DNA from: an uncultured bacterium | GTDB lineage: Bacteria; Bacteroidota; Ignavibacteria; UBA10030; BY39 | Length of the DNA: 64,000 bases | Assembly (NCBI GenBank): GCA_937967455.1 | Contig: CALCJK010000013.1 | Location: forward strand, 6,302 to 70,301 | Direction of reading: 5' to 3' | In this document: positions 41,362 to 52,310 of the stretch, piece by piece | Layout of the letters: each line of letters begins with the position of its first letter | Position numbering within the stretch: the first letter of the stretch is position 1 | The notes under the pieces: generated by a model | Databases searched by the model: none | What the model saw: the letters and a program-made list of their open reading frames with translations, nothing else | Told to the model about the DNA's origin: nothing | Program-made: the position numbers and the translations under genes

Positions 41362-41679
41362 ATGTACGCAGTTGTAGAAATAGCGGGACAACAGTTTAAA
41401 GTTAGTCCTAAAGCAAAGTTATATGTCCCAAAATTAACTAAATCGGTTGGTGATAATTTAAAAATTGATAAGGTATTACTGTTTTCTGACGGAAAAGAAA
41501 CTAAAATTGGTAACCCTGTTCTAAAAGGTGTAAATGTTGAAGCGCAAGTACTTGGACACGAAAAGGATGATACTGTAATTGTCTTTAAGAAAAAGCGCCG
41601 TAAAGGTTATCGAGTTCGTCGTGGTCATCGACAGCAATATACAAGAATCGAGATAACAAAATTAGAGAAGGAGAAGTAG
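41362..41679 (+). CDS. rplU: 50S ribosomal protein L21
   Basis: [14 protein letters not shown] and KKKRRKGY...GHRQQYT motifs. Confidence 0.97.
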   Translation: MYAVVEIAGQQFKVSPKAKLYVPKLTKSVGDNLKIDKVLLFSDGKETKIGNPVLKGVNVEAQVLGHEKDDTVIVFKKKRRKGYRVRRGHRQQYTRIEITKLEKEK

Positions 41680-41680
41680 T

Positions 41681-41935
41681 ATGGCACATAAAAAAGGTGG
41701 TGGAAGTTCCCGAAACGGTCGTGATAGTAATGCACAGCGTCTTGGAGTTAAAAGGTTTGGTGGCGAGAGAGTTAGCGCTGGTAGTATAATTGTTCGTCAG
41801 CGGGGCACTAAGTTTTTACCCGGTGAAAATGTTGGGCTCGGCTCTGATGATACAATTTTTGCGCTCACTGATGGTGTAGTAAAATTTGAGCGTCTCGGGA
41901 AAACCCGAAAAATGGTAAGTGTTGTACCTGCTTAA
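41681..41935 (+). CDS. rpmA: 50S ribosomal protein L27
   Basis: [16 protein letters not shown] and IIVRQRGT motifs. Confidence 0.98.
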   Translation: MAHKKGGGSSRNGRDSNAQRLGVKRFGGERVSAGSIIVRQRGTKFLPGENVGLGSDDTIFALTDGVVKFERLGKTRKMVSVVPA

Positions 41936-41963
41936 AAAAATCAAGAATATCTGTTCTCAATAT

Positions 41964-42021
41964 AACCCGGAAAGAATCAGTTCTTAAAAATGAACTTATC
42001 TATTTCGGGTTTTTTGTTTTT
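41964..42021 (+). terminator. Probable intrinsic terminator after rpmA (long interrupted hairpin)
   Basis: AACCCG/CGGGTT outer stem with an inner AGTTC/GAACT stem, followed by a T-tract. Confidence 0.65.
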
Positions 42022-42036
42022 ATAGATCATAATTAA

Positions 42037-42999
<963 letters not shown>

Positions 43000-43018
43000 T
43001 TAAAAGTCAATTTTGAGT

Positions 43019-43065
43019 AAAGAGCTGGTATCATTTTGATAATATACCAGCTCTTTTTATTTTTT
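43019..43065 (+). terminator. Intrinsic terminator after mdh
   Basis: Perfect 13-bp stem AAAGAGCTGGTAT/ATACCAGCTCTTT followed by a T-tract. Confidence 0.85.
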
Positions 43066-43085
43066 ACGTTAATGAAAGTCTAAAA

Positions 43086-44954
43086 ATGAATTCATGTATA
43101 AAAAATCTATTATTCTTTTTGTTGATACCAGATTTGTTTTTTGCGCAAGTAAGGCACGATTTTTTTATTCCGTTATCAACAGGTGACAGCTTGGATGCAA
43201 CTTATTTTGTACCTGTTGCGTCACCCCCAACAAGTGGTTATCCTGCACAGATATTTGTGCATGGGTTTGGACAGAATAAAAATAGTGATACTGCATCTGC
43301 TCGAATATATGCATATAGTAACTTTTTTGCCCTCTGCTACTCTGTTCGAGGTCATGGACAATCTTCTGGGCTATCTACTATTATGTCCAACAGGGAAAGG
43401 CAGGATTTAAAGGAAGTGATACAATTTGTAGAAAATCTAGCTTTCGTGGATTCTAATTCAATTGGTGTAATTGGAGGCTCGCAAGGTGGTTTGCACGCAC
43501 TCTGGTCTATTGCTGATTCCATTTCGAATTGTGCTATTGCAGATGTAATTCTACCAAATTGGGCATCCAACCTTTTTACTCAGGGAGCAATTAAAAGAAT
43601 GTTTGGAGTTATACTAAAAAATTTTCAGGTTAGATATCATCCTGTAAGAGATACATTGTGGAACCTTCTCTCACGAGATAATTATGATTCTCTTATCACA
43701 ATATTCCCAATCAATCGTGATTTGAGTTTATTAGAATTTCAAAATAAAAATATACCGCTAATGCTTATGTTGAAATACCAGGATCATTATTTCGAAGCAA
43801 AAGATGGAATAAATTTCTTCACCCAATATGATGGTATTAAAAAATTGTATCTCGGCACTGGTGGACATTTTTCTGATTCAATAGAAGAAGAATGGTACTA
43901 TCAATTTTCATGGATAACTAATTGGTTCAATCAATTCTTAAAAAATATTAATACTGGGATACTCGATTTACCTGTCTATACTTACGCTTATTCTCAATTA
44001 CCAATGGATTCTGCCGGTTACTTTTCATGGGTGAGAAACGAAGTCAATGAACTTCCTTTTAACCAGATAGTATATCATAGATTTTATTTCCATTCCGATA
44101 GTACTATCAAATATTCTTATCCAATCTCCACAGATTTTTATTTTTCGTTATTAAATAAATACAAGGATACTAACTATAATTTTGAGACAGCTTATGCTGA
44201 CAATTTTATTGGTGCAAGATTTGATTCTGCTTTCGAGAAAAACACAATTACATTCATTTCTGATTCGCTTAATGAAGATGTGGTTATGTTCGGTGTTCCT
44301 AAAGCTAAATTATTTTTTATACCAAATACAGATAAAATACCAATTAATTTGCAGATATATGAACAGGATTCTTTAAATTACAAATACTTTTTAACCAGAA
44401 TTAATTATGTTGGTAGAAGTTTAGAAAATGGAATATTATATAATGTTGAAATCAATGGTAATTTTTATTCTCATAAATTCAAAAAAGGTAACAGAATACG
44501 CATTGAAATTACCAATATAGATAAAACAAACAGATTGGTTTTTGGAAAATATCCATTCGTTTTTCCTGTGTTTAAAAGCTCGGAGACTTTAATTGCTGCA
44601 AATTTAAACTACGCATCATATATTGAATTGCCCCTTTTGAAAACGGATTATATACTCAGAATTGAAGATGGAATAATTTCAAATTATGAACTCAATCAAA
44701 ATTATCCCAATCCATTCAACTCCGAAACGAGTATAGAATATTCAATAAAGAATGATGCTAATATAAATTTAACAGTTTTTGATATACTTGGGAGAGAAAT
44801 TAAAGTTTTGTTTTCGGGTAGCCAGAAATCTGGGAAATACAGGGCCACATTTAATGCCAAAAATCTATCAAGTGGCATATATTTTTATAAATTAGAGGTA
44901 ACTGATCAAAGCAATAAGTTGGTTCTTATGAAGAAAATGCTGCTTATAAAGTAG
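43086..44954 (+). CDS. CocE/NonD (S15-like) hydrolase with T9SS-type C-terminal sorting domain
   Basis: Signal peptide, HGFG, RGHGQS, GGSQGG, a PepX_C-like HKFKKGNRIRIEI and a C-terminal QNYPNPFN...SGIYFYKL...KMLLIK. Confidence 0.82.
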   Translation: MNSCIKNLLFFLLIPDLFFAQVRHDFFIPLSTGDSLDATYFVPVASPPTSGYPAQIFVHGFGQNKNSDTASARIYAYSNFFALCYSVRGHGQSSGLSTIMSNRERQDLKEVIQFVENLAFVDSNSIGVIGGSQGGLHALWSIADSISNCAIADVILPNWASNLFTQGAIKRMFGVILKNFQVRYHPVRDTLWNLLSRDNYDSLITIFPINRDLSLLEFQNKNIPLMLMLKYQDHYFEAKDGINFFTQYDGIKKLYLGTGGHFSDSIEEEWYYQFSWITNWFNQFLKNINTGILDLPVYTYAYSQLPMDSAGYFSWVRNEVNELPFNQIVYHRFYFHSDSTIKYSYPISTDFYFSLLNKYKDTNYNFETAYADNFIGARFDSAFEKNTITFISDSLNEDVVMFGVPKAKLFFIPNTDKIPINLQIYEQDSLNYKYFLTRINYVGRSLENGILYNVEINGNFYSHKFKKGNRIRIEITNIDKTNRLVFGKYPFVFPVFKSSETLIAANLNYASYIELPLLKTDYILRIEDGIISNYELNQNYPNPFNSETSIEYSIKNDANINLTVFDILGREIKVLFSGSQKSGKYRATFNAKNLSSGIYFYKLEVTDQSNKLVLMKKMLLIK

Positions 44955-44970
44955 AATTTGTAATAAAAAC

Positions 44971-45000
44971 TTGACAAGCTCAATTTTTTTTCAGTATATT
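44971..45000 (+). promoter_or_regulatory. Putative sigma70 promoter of TPR-larE
   Basis: TTGACA-N18-TATATT. Confidence 0.55.
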
Positions 45001-45037
45001 ATATAAAAAATTGGTAATATAAAGTGAGTAAATAAAT

Positions 45038-46447
45038 ATGGATATGGATGATTTTAATGAGTTCGATGATTTTGATGATTTTGAGGATTCGAACCCGGAG
45101 AATAGTAAAAGTTTACGCGAAAAGATAAAAGATGGTAGTGGTAAGCTTGATCTTGAAACTCTCGAAAATATCGTCAAATTCTTTTTAGAAGAGGGCGATT
45201 TTGAGAACGCTCTCTTTTATAATGAGATGTTATTAGAAAAGAGTCCTTATGATTTTGATGCCTGGGCAACTAAAGGTGATTTGAATTATTATCTTAAGCG
45301 TTTTAAACAGGCACTTGATGCGTACAATCAAGCATTACAAATTGATCCTACTGATATTGACATATTGTTGCAAAAATCTTTAGTACTCGAAAATTTAAGA
45401 AGATACGATGAAGCTCTTGCCTGTCTGGATATGGCTCTGGAACAGGAAGGTGATAATACAAATATTATGCTTTCCAAAGCTTATATATATGAAAAACTTA
45501 AACAATACAATGATGCTATTAAGACGTTGTTTAATATTTTGAATTTTGAGCCTGGAAATGCTACTGTCTATTATGAATTAGGCTACTGTTATGATATGCT
45601 CGATAAATTAGATGAGGCGATTTATTACTATCAAAAAAGTCTTGATTTTGATCCATTTAATTTAAATGCCTGGGACAATTGTGGAGATGTATATAAAAGA
45701 ATTGGAAACTTTGTAAGAGCCCTTGATTGCTACGATATGGTAATTTCTTTAGATAAAGAATTTCCCGAGGCTTGGCAAAATAAAGCAGAAGTATTACTTA
45801 TTATTGGTCGATTTGTTGAAGCAAAAGAATGTTATGAACAAAGTATAATGTTTAAACCTGTTAATTTTATTATTTGGCAAGACCTTGGGTATGTAAATAG
45901 AATGTTAAATGAAATAGAGGATGCAATTTTCTGTTACAGCAAAGCAATTGAGGTTGCTCCAGAATATTATGATGTATATATAGATAGAGCTGAGTGTTAT
46001 AAAATTTTAAAACAATATAAAAAAGCTCTTAGAGATTTTAATAAAGCAATAAAATTTAATTTCGATGATCAGACATTATGGTACGAAAGAGCAGAAATAT
46101 TATATAAACTTGGTCGTTGGAAAGAATCAGTTAGTAGTTACATGATGGCGTCCCTGCTTGATCCAGATAATTATGAAATTTGTTTTAAGATAGCTGAAAT
46201 ATCGTTAGAGCATGGTGATTATGAGCAAGCTCTTCGTAATTATGATAATTGCATTGAGCTAAAACCAGACTTTTCAAAAGCTTATTACGGTAAAGCTAAA
46301 GCGCTTTTCATGATGCATAAATTAAATGAGGGTATTGAAGCCCTAAAAATTTCGTTCCAGCTAAACCCTGAGCAAAGGAAAGTTTTCGAATCAGAATTCC
46401 CCGGTGTAAAATCCCTCAAACAGCTTTTACTACTTCTTAAAAAATAA
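45038..46447 (+). CDS. Tetratricopeptide repeat protein
   Basis: About 11-12 34-aa TPR units (W..KG...A...Y..AL..DP) after an acidic N-terminus. Confidence 0.9.
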   Translation: MDMDDFNEFDDFDDFEDSNPENSKSLREKIKDGSGKLDLETLENIVKFFLEEGDFENALFYNEMLLEKSPYDFDAWATKGDLNYYLKRFKQALDAYNQALQIDPTDIDILLQKSLVLENLRRYDEALACLDMALEQEGDNTNIMLSKAYIYEKLKQYNDAIKTLFNILNFEPGNATVYYELGYCYDMLDKLDEAIYYYQKSLDFDPFNLNAWDNCGDVYKRIGNFVRALDCYDMVISLDKEFPEAWQNKAEVLLIIGRFVEAKECYEQSIMFKPVNFIIWQDLGYVNRMLNEIEDAIFCYSKAIEVAPEYYDVYIDRAECYKILKQYKKALRDFNKAIKFNFDDQTLWYERAEILYKLGRWKESVSSYMMASLLDPDNYEICFKIAEISLEHGDYEQALRNYDNCIELKPDFSKAYYGKAKALFMMHKLNEGIEALKISFQLNPEQRKVFESEFPGVKSLKQLLLLLKK

Positions 46448-46450
46448 ATT

Positions 46451-47293
46451 ATGGATCAAAACCTACATTCTAAATATATCCAGTTGCAGTTTATTTTATA
46501 TGAAATGGAAAGTATAGTTGTTGGTTATTCTGGTGGTGTGGATAGCACTTTATTATTAAAAGTTGCGGTTGATACATTAGGTCCAAATGCTATTGCTGTG
46601 ATTGGTAAATCTGAAACATATCCTTCTCGTGAATACGAGGAAGCCGAAAAGTTTGTTAAGAGTCTTGGAGCAAAATATAAAGTTGTTTATACAAATGAGA
46701 CCGATAATTTAAAATTTAAGGAAAATCCTCCCGATCGGTGTTATTATTGTAAAACTGAACTATTCACCAAACTTACAGAAATTGCCAGAAAAGAAAATAT
46801 AAAATGGATTGCAGACGGAACAAACGTAGACGATTTAAATGATTTTAGACCTGGCTTAAAAGCTGTTAAAGAAAAGAATGTGCGCTCACCATTACTTGAA
46901 GCTGGCTTCACGAAAAATGACATCAGAGAACTCTCAAAGATTTTAAATCTTCCAACCTGGGATAAACAATCGTTTGCTTGCTTATCATCTCGCTTCCCTT
47001 ATGGTACTAAAATTGAACCTGAAAAACTTAAAAAGATAGATATTGCTGAAACATTTTTGAGAGATAATGGATTTAAGTATTTTAGGGTTAGACATCATGA
47101 TGATAAAACTTTGAGAATAGAAGTTAGCAAGAAAGAATTAGATCGCTTTTTAGATGAGAAATTCAGAAATATTTTAATTCAGAAGTTTAAAGAACTTGGA
47201 TATGTTTATATCACACTGGATCTTGAGGGTTTTAGATCAGGTTCGATGAACGAAGTGTTGGATGAAGCTGTTAAGAAAAAATTTCAAGCTTAA
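46451..47293 (+). CDS. larE: LarE-family ATP-dependent sulfur transferase
   Basis: PP-loop SGGVDS, RCYYCK, DGTN.DD..DFRPG, ACLSSRFPYG and GFRSGSMN motifs. Confidence 0.9.
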   Translation: MDQNLHSKYIQLQFILYEMESIVVGYSGGVDSTLLLKVAVDTLGPNAIAVIGKSETYPSREYEEAEKFVKSLGAKYKVVYTNETDNLKFKENPPDRCYYCKTELFTKLTEIARKENIKWIADGTNVDDLNDFRPGLKAVKEKNVRSPLLEAGFTKNDIRELSKILNLPTWDKQSFACLSSRFPYGTKIEPEKLKKIDIAETFLRDNGFKYFRVRHHDDKTLRIEVSKKELDRFLDEKFRNILIQKFKELGYVYITLDLEGFRSGSMNEVLDEAVKKKFQA

Positions 47294-48987
47294 TGTCCAT
47301 TTATAGATATTTCTACAGCACCCAGTTTGGATTTTAATTCCTTTATTATTTGGTGTTCTTCTTGAGCCGGTTTTTCCATTTCTGGTTCAACTTCTTTCTG
47401 TAACGAATTATCAATAATTGCCTCCAGTTTTAATTTTGCACCGTATATATTTTGTGCTAATTCTGTAAGGTATTTTTTATTCTGTTGTATAAAGTCAAGT
47501 TGTGAGGCGTTCATGCATGAAATTTTTAAAACTCCATTTGTAGAATCAACTAATTTTGCAGCACTTAATACATTTTTAAAGAATACCCTGCCATTTCCAG
47601 CTACCTGAACTACATTCTGCCACTTCTCTATTGCTGTTTCAATTGGAATGTTTAACGGGTTGTATGTGGAGAGAATATTTTGTGAATCTTTAACAATACC
47701 TTTGAGTGGTATCTTATTAATATCGCTTAGATTATTATTTTCGGGTTTGTCCTGTATTAATGGTTTTACTACATTAAAGTTACTCGTCCCGGAATAACTC
47801 GTAGGCAACGATGCACTAACGCTTCCCTCTAATTTTATACCGTTACTGAACTTTTTTTTTAACTCCTGAATATGACTCAATAGTTTTTCTATTTCTACAG
47901 AGTTATCAAGCTTTGTCATCTGAACAAGAGCTAATTCTAATTTATATCTCGGCTGTATGTCCCATTTTATGCTGTTCTGAACCTCAGTTACGATTTTTAT
48001 TAGCCTTAAAATATCATTCTCCTTGAAGTGCTTTGCATCTTCTGAATATCTTTTTTTATAAATTTCAGAAACTTCAATTAAATTAGTCGAACCTGTAGCT
48101 ATCACAATTATAATATTTCTTAGGTGTTCAGCCAAACCCGAAAGATATTCTTTTATATCATAACCATGCGTTATAATCTCATCTACAAGTATTATTGCAG
48201 ATTTGGTATCTTTATTTTTTATTATATCTGTTGTCTTGAAGAAAATTTCCTGATCTACTAATCCTAATGCTTGAATTGTGCTTTTAGTATCAATTTCATC
48301 TCCACAGAAGGATACAACCTGATCAAATATACTCTGTGCATCTCGCATTGAACCGTCGCCTTTTTTGGCAATAATTAGCAGGGCATCATCTTCTATTTTA
48401 ATTTTTTCCGTTCTTGCAATTAGCTGGAGGTGCTTCATTATCTCTTCTGTTGAAATTCTTCTAAAATCGAAACGCTGGCATCGAGATAAGATTGTTGCTG
48501 GTACTTTATAGATTTCTGTTGTTGCAAATATAAAAATTACATGAGGGGGAGGTTCCTCGAGTGTTTTTAACAAAGCATTGAAAGCCTCTTTTGTAAGCAT
48601 GTGAACTTCATCAATAACATATACTTTGTACTTATTTTTTGAAGGGACATATTTTACAGATTCGCGCAAGTTTCTAATTTCTTCAATTCCACGATTTGAT
48701 GCCCCGTCTATTTCAAGTACATCCATATTTCTGCCCTCAGTGATCTCCAAACATATTTCGCATTCATTATCAGGATTAAAATCTTTTGGATTCAAGCAAT
48801 TGATAGCCTTAGCAAGAATTCTTGCTGTTGTGGTTTTCCCAACTCCTCTTGGACCACTGAAAAGATATGCATGCGAAATACGATTCCGCGCAATCGCGTT
48901 TCGAAGAGTAGTTGTTATATGTTCCTGTCCAACTACATCCTCAAATTTTAATGGACGCCACTTTCTTGCTGTAACTAAATATTTCAT
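47290..48987 (-). CDS. dnaX: DNA polymerase III subunit gamma/tau
   Basis: ARKWRP, GPRGVGKTT, IDEVHML, LLKTLEEPP, SRCQ and GSMRDA motifs. Confidence 0.97.
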   Translation of the reverse strand: MKYLVTARKWRPLKFEDVVGQEHITTTLRNAIARNRISHAYLFSGPRGVGKTTTARILAKAINCLNPKDFNPDNECEICLEITEGRNMDVLEIDGASNRGIEEIRNLRESVKYVPSKNKYKVYVIDEVHMLTKEAFNALLKTLEEPPPHVIFIFATTEIYKVPATILSRCQRFDFRRISTEEIMKHLQLIARTEKIKIEDDALLIIAKKGDGSMRDAQSIFDQVVSFCGDEIDTKSTIQALGLVDQEIFFKTTDIIKNKDTKSAIILVDEIITHGYDIKEYLSGLAEHLRNIIIVIATGSTNLIEVSEIYKKRYSEDAKHFKENDILRLIKIVTEVQNSIKWDIQPRYKLELALVQMTKLDNSVEIEKLLSHIQELKKKFSNGIKLEGSVSASLPTSYSGTSNFNVVKPLIQDKPENNNLSDINKIPLKGIVKDSQNILSTYNPLNIPIETAIEKWQNVVQVAGNGRVFFKNVLSAAKLVDSTNGVLKISCMNASQLDFIQQNKKYLTELAQNIYGAKLKLEAIIDNSLQKEVEPEMEKPAQEEHQIIKELKSKLGAVEISINGH

Positions 48988-49083
48988 ATCCGTCTTAAAT
49001 TTACCTTAATATAAAAAACTTTTTTGAAAATTACTATATGTTTGGAAATCTTGAATTTCTTTATCATATTTTATTTTGATTTT

Positions 49084-51411
49084 ATGACTTTTTTAGCAAA
49101 AAATAATAAATTTCCAGAAAGTTTAGAAAAACACAATCAGCTGAAAAATGTTTTATACAAACTTTTTATTACTTCAGCTCTCATTTTTCTGATAGTATTA
49201 ATGTTTCCCAAAGAAGAATCCTACTTTTTTGATTATAAGTTGGGAGCAATCTGGACATCTAATGATTTAATTGCCCCATTTTCTTTCCCAATTTTTAAAG
49301 ATAAAGAGCAATATAAAATAGAAGTTGAAGAGGCTAAAGAAAAAGTTTATCCTGTTTTTGTTGCTGATCCTAGAAGAATAATAACAGCTCAGGATAGCTT
49401 AAATATATTTTTTGAAACTCTAAAAAGTTTAATAACTGCTGGGAATACACCAGATTCGGTTGTATTAACGAAATTCCCATTTTTGAAAGATGATGAATTT
49501 ATAAGATCAATTAAAAAAATCGGTTATATTAATTATATTGAAAAAGAAATCCAAGCTATATTCAGAGAAGTCTATACTATTGGTATTCTAGATATTCCAA
49601 AAGCTAAAATTCGGAAAAGTAATATTGCAATTCGGCGAGGTGTGTTTGAGGAGATTTTGCCTATAAATAAATTTTATGATGAAGCACAAGCCTTAAAATT
49701 TGTTGAGGAAGAACTAAATAAGAGATTCGAAAACTCCAAAACCAAGGAACATTTTTATAACATAATATCAAATTTATTACAACCAAATATTATTTTTAAT
49801 CAGGAGGAAACAGATAAACTTATTCTCGCTGCAATAGAAAATGTCCCCAAGACAATTGGTTTTGTACAACAAAACGAAAAAATTATAAGCAAGCATGAGA
49901 GAATTACATTAGATACAAAACTAAAATTAGAATCTTTAGAAAAGATTCTATCTGAAAAAGAATATCAAAAAGGATCTACATCAAAAGTCGTAGGGCAAGT
50001 TTTACACACAGCTTTAGTACTATTGTTATTTGGTGTTTACCTTTTTTTATTTAGAAAAAAAGTTTTTTATGATAATAAAAAACTAATTTTAATTTCGATA
50101 ATAATTCTTATACAAGTATTATTCTCCTATTTATCTTTTAAGTTGAATATGGAAGTATCTGTAAAGTATTTAATTTTTCTCCCTGCATCTGCAATGTTGC
50201 TTACTATAATATATGATTCACGTTTAGCTTTTTTTGGTAGTGTGGTTATGGCGTTTCTTGTTGCAGCTGTAAGAGGAAATGATTATGAACTCGCACTTGT
50301 AATGTTAGTTGCTGCAACTCTTTCGGCATATACAGTTAGAAATATAAAACAAAGAACCCAGATATTTAGATCTATGATTTTTATTTTTATAGGCCTGGGT
50401 TTTTCAGTTGTAGCATTTGGACTTGAAAGATCTGAGAGTTTTATAAATATTACTCAAAATTTAGGTTTGGTTTTAATTAACTCAATAATTTCGCCTATAC
50501 TAACATATGGGTTGTTGATATTTTTTGAAAAATCCTTTAATGTTACTACAGATTTAACATTAATGGAACTCACCGATCCAAATCATCCGCTGCTAAAGAT
50601 TTTAAGAGAAAAAACTCCAGGGACCTATCATCACAGTATGGTACTTGGAAATTTAGCTGAAGCAGCAGCTTTTGCTATAAATGCAAATCCTATACTGGCT
50701 AAGGTTGGTGCTTATTATCATGATATCGGTAAAACAACTAAACCAGAATATTTTATAGAAAACGAGTTTCAGAAAAGAAGTAGACATCAAAGATTAACAC
50801 CCAGAATGAGTGCTCGCATTATAATTGCTCATGTTAAAGATGGTATTGAGCTTGCAAGAGAGTATGGATTGCCAGAGGAAGTGATTAAGTTCATTCCAGA
50901 ACATCATGGAACAACTCGACTATCTTATTTTTACGATAAAGCACTAAAACAGGCTGCTGCACGTAAATCAAAACATGAAGTTAATGAAGCTGATTATCGT
51001 TATCCAGGTCCCAAACCTCAATCAAAAGAAACAGCAATTGTGATGCTGGCTGATATAGTAGAAGCTTTTACAAGAAGTTTACAAAATCTAACTGCATCGC
51101 GACTAGAATCAGCTATTGATGAGAGAATCAAAATGAGATTTATTGAAGGAGAACTCAATGAATGTAATCTTACTTTAAAAGACCTTACAAAAATAAAAGA
51201 AGCATTTCTTCAAATCTTAATAGGGACATATCATCAAAGAATTGAATATCCACAAGCAGAAGAAGCTGAAAAGATCATTGAAGCTTCTCAGGATAAACAG
51301 GATGTAAAACCTGAAGAAGGCGCTCTTCAGGAAAAAAATATTAAAACATCAAATGAAATAGATGAAATTAAAAGAGAAAATGAGCAAGGTGAGCCTACAG
51401 GAAATGCTTAA
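49084..51411 (+). CDS. 7TM-HDIG phosphohydrolase (PgpH/YqfF-like cyclic dinucleotide phosphodiesterase family)
   Basis: Extracellular domain, about 7 TM helices, PGTYHHS, YYHDIGK, EHHGT, YRYPGPKP and MLAD. The start at ATG 49084 is assumed. Confidence 0.88.
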   Translation: MTFLAKNNKFPESLEKHNQLKNVLYKLFITSALIFLIVLMFPKEESYFFDYKLGAIWTSNDLIAPFSFPIFKDKEQYKIEVEEAKEKVYPVFVADPRRIITAQDSLNIFFETLKSLITAGNTPDSVVLTKFPFLKDDEFIRSIKKIGYINYIEKEIQAIFREVYTIGILDIPKAKIRKSNIAIRRGVFEEILPINKFYDEAQALKFVEEELNKRFENSKTKEHFYNIISNLLQPNIIFNQEETDKLILAAIENVPKTIGFVQQNEKIISKHERITLDTKLKLESLEKILSEKEYQKGSTSKVVGQVLHTALVLLLFGVYLFLFRKKVFYDNKKLILISIIILIQVLFSYLSFKLNMEVSVKYLIFLPASAMLLTIIYDSRLAFFGSVVMAFLVAAVRGNDYELALVMLVAATLSAYTVRNIKQRTQIFRSMIFIFIGLGFSVVAFGLERSESFINITQNLGLVLINSIISPILTYGLLIFFEKSFNVTTDLTLMELTDPNHPLLKILREKTPGTYHHSMVLGNLAEAAAFAINANPILAKVGAYYHDIGKTTKPEYFIENEFQKRSRHQRLTPRMSARIIIAHVKDGIELAREYGLPEEVIKFIPEHHGTTRLSYFYDKALKQAAARKSKHEVNEADYRYPGPKPQSKETAIVMLADIVEAFTRSLQNLTASRLESAIDERIKMRFIEGELNECNLTLKDLTKIKEAFLQILIGTYHQRIEYPQAEEAEKIIEASQDKQDVKPEEGALQEKNIKTSNEIDEIKRENEQGEPTGNA

Positions 51412-52300
51412 ATCTTACATTCACTTTTTAGAACTTGAAAAAAATTTGTCTGAAAACACAATTTTATCCTATAAACATAATATTGAAAATTATATAAATT
51501 ATCTTTCTGAAAAAAATATTTCCAATCCTGATAAAATTGAAGAAAATGATGTCAGAGATTTTATACGACAATTATCAAATTTGTTATTATCACCTAAAAC
51601 CATATCACAAAATATCTCGGCAATAAGAAGTTTTCATAAATTTTTGCTTAACGATGGATATGCTTTATCAAATCCTTCTGAAAATTTATCACTTCCAAAA
51701 TTACCTAAAAATTTACCTGAGGTGCTAACTTATCAAGAAATTGAACAAATATTAAACTCTATTGATACTAATCATCAGATTGGAATAAGAGATAGAGCAA
51801 TATTAGAGACATTGTACGCAACAGGTATGCGAGTGAGTGAGTTGATAACGCTAAAACACCAGGACATTAACTTTGAACTTGGAATTGTAAGAGTTTTTGG
51901 AAAAGGTTCCAAAGAGAGAGTGGTGCCAATTGGTAGCTCAGCACTTTCCTGGATTAAAAAATATCAGCAAGAAGCGAGGATATTCTTTATTGAAAATCAG
52001 AGAAGGTTAAATTATCGTTCTACAGATATTTTGTTTTTAAATGTACGAGGTAAACCACTTACCAGGATGGCTATCTGGTTGATGGTTTCAAAGTATACAA
52101 AAGCAGCAAGGATTGATAAAGTTGTCCATCCTCATACATTCCGGCATTCTTTTGCCACACATCTTCTGGAAGGTGGTGCAAACTTAAGAGCTGTACAGGA
52201 AATGCTAGGGCATTCTGATATCTCAACTACAGAAATTTATACACATATAGATAGAAATTATTTAATAGAAGTACATAAAACATATCATCCAAGAGCATAA
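51380..52300 (+). CDS. xerD: Site-specific tyrosine recombinase XerD
   Basis: LYATGMRVSEL, GKGSKER, HPHTFRHSFATHLL and LGHSDISTTEIY motifs. The start codon is uncertain. Confidence 0.9.
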   Translation: MSKVSLQEMLKSYIHFLELEKNLSENTILSYKHNIENYINYLSEKNISNPDKIEENDVRDFIRQLSNLLLSPKTISQNISAIRSFHKFLLNDGYALSNPSENLSLPKLPKNLPEVLTYQEIEQILNSIDTNHQIGIRDRAILETLYATGMRVSELITLKHQDINFELGIVRVFGKGSKERVVPIGSSALSWIKKYQQEARIFFIENQRRLNYRSTDILFLNVRGKPLTRMAIWLMVSKYTKAARIDKVVHPHTFRHSFATHLLEGGANLRAVQEMLGHSDISTTEIYTHIDRNYLIEVHKTYHPRA

Positions 52301-52310
52301 GGAATTTTCT

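Noticed and set aside
51380..52300. Tyrosine recombinase as a phage or island integrase
   Set aside because: The motifs and size fit housekeeping XerD. There are no att repeats, tRNA or mobile cargo beside it.
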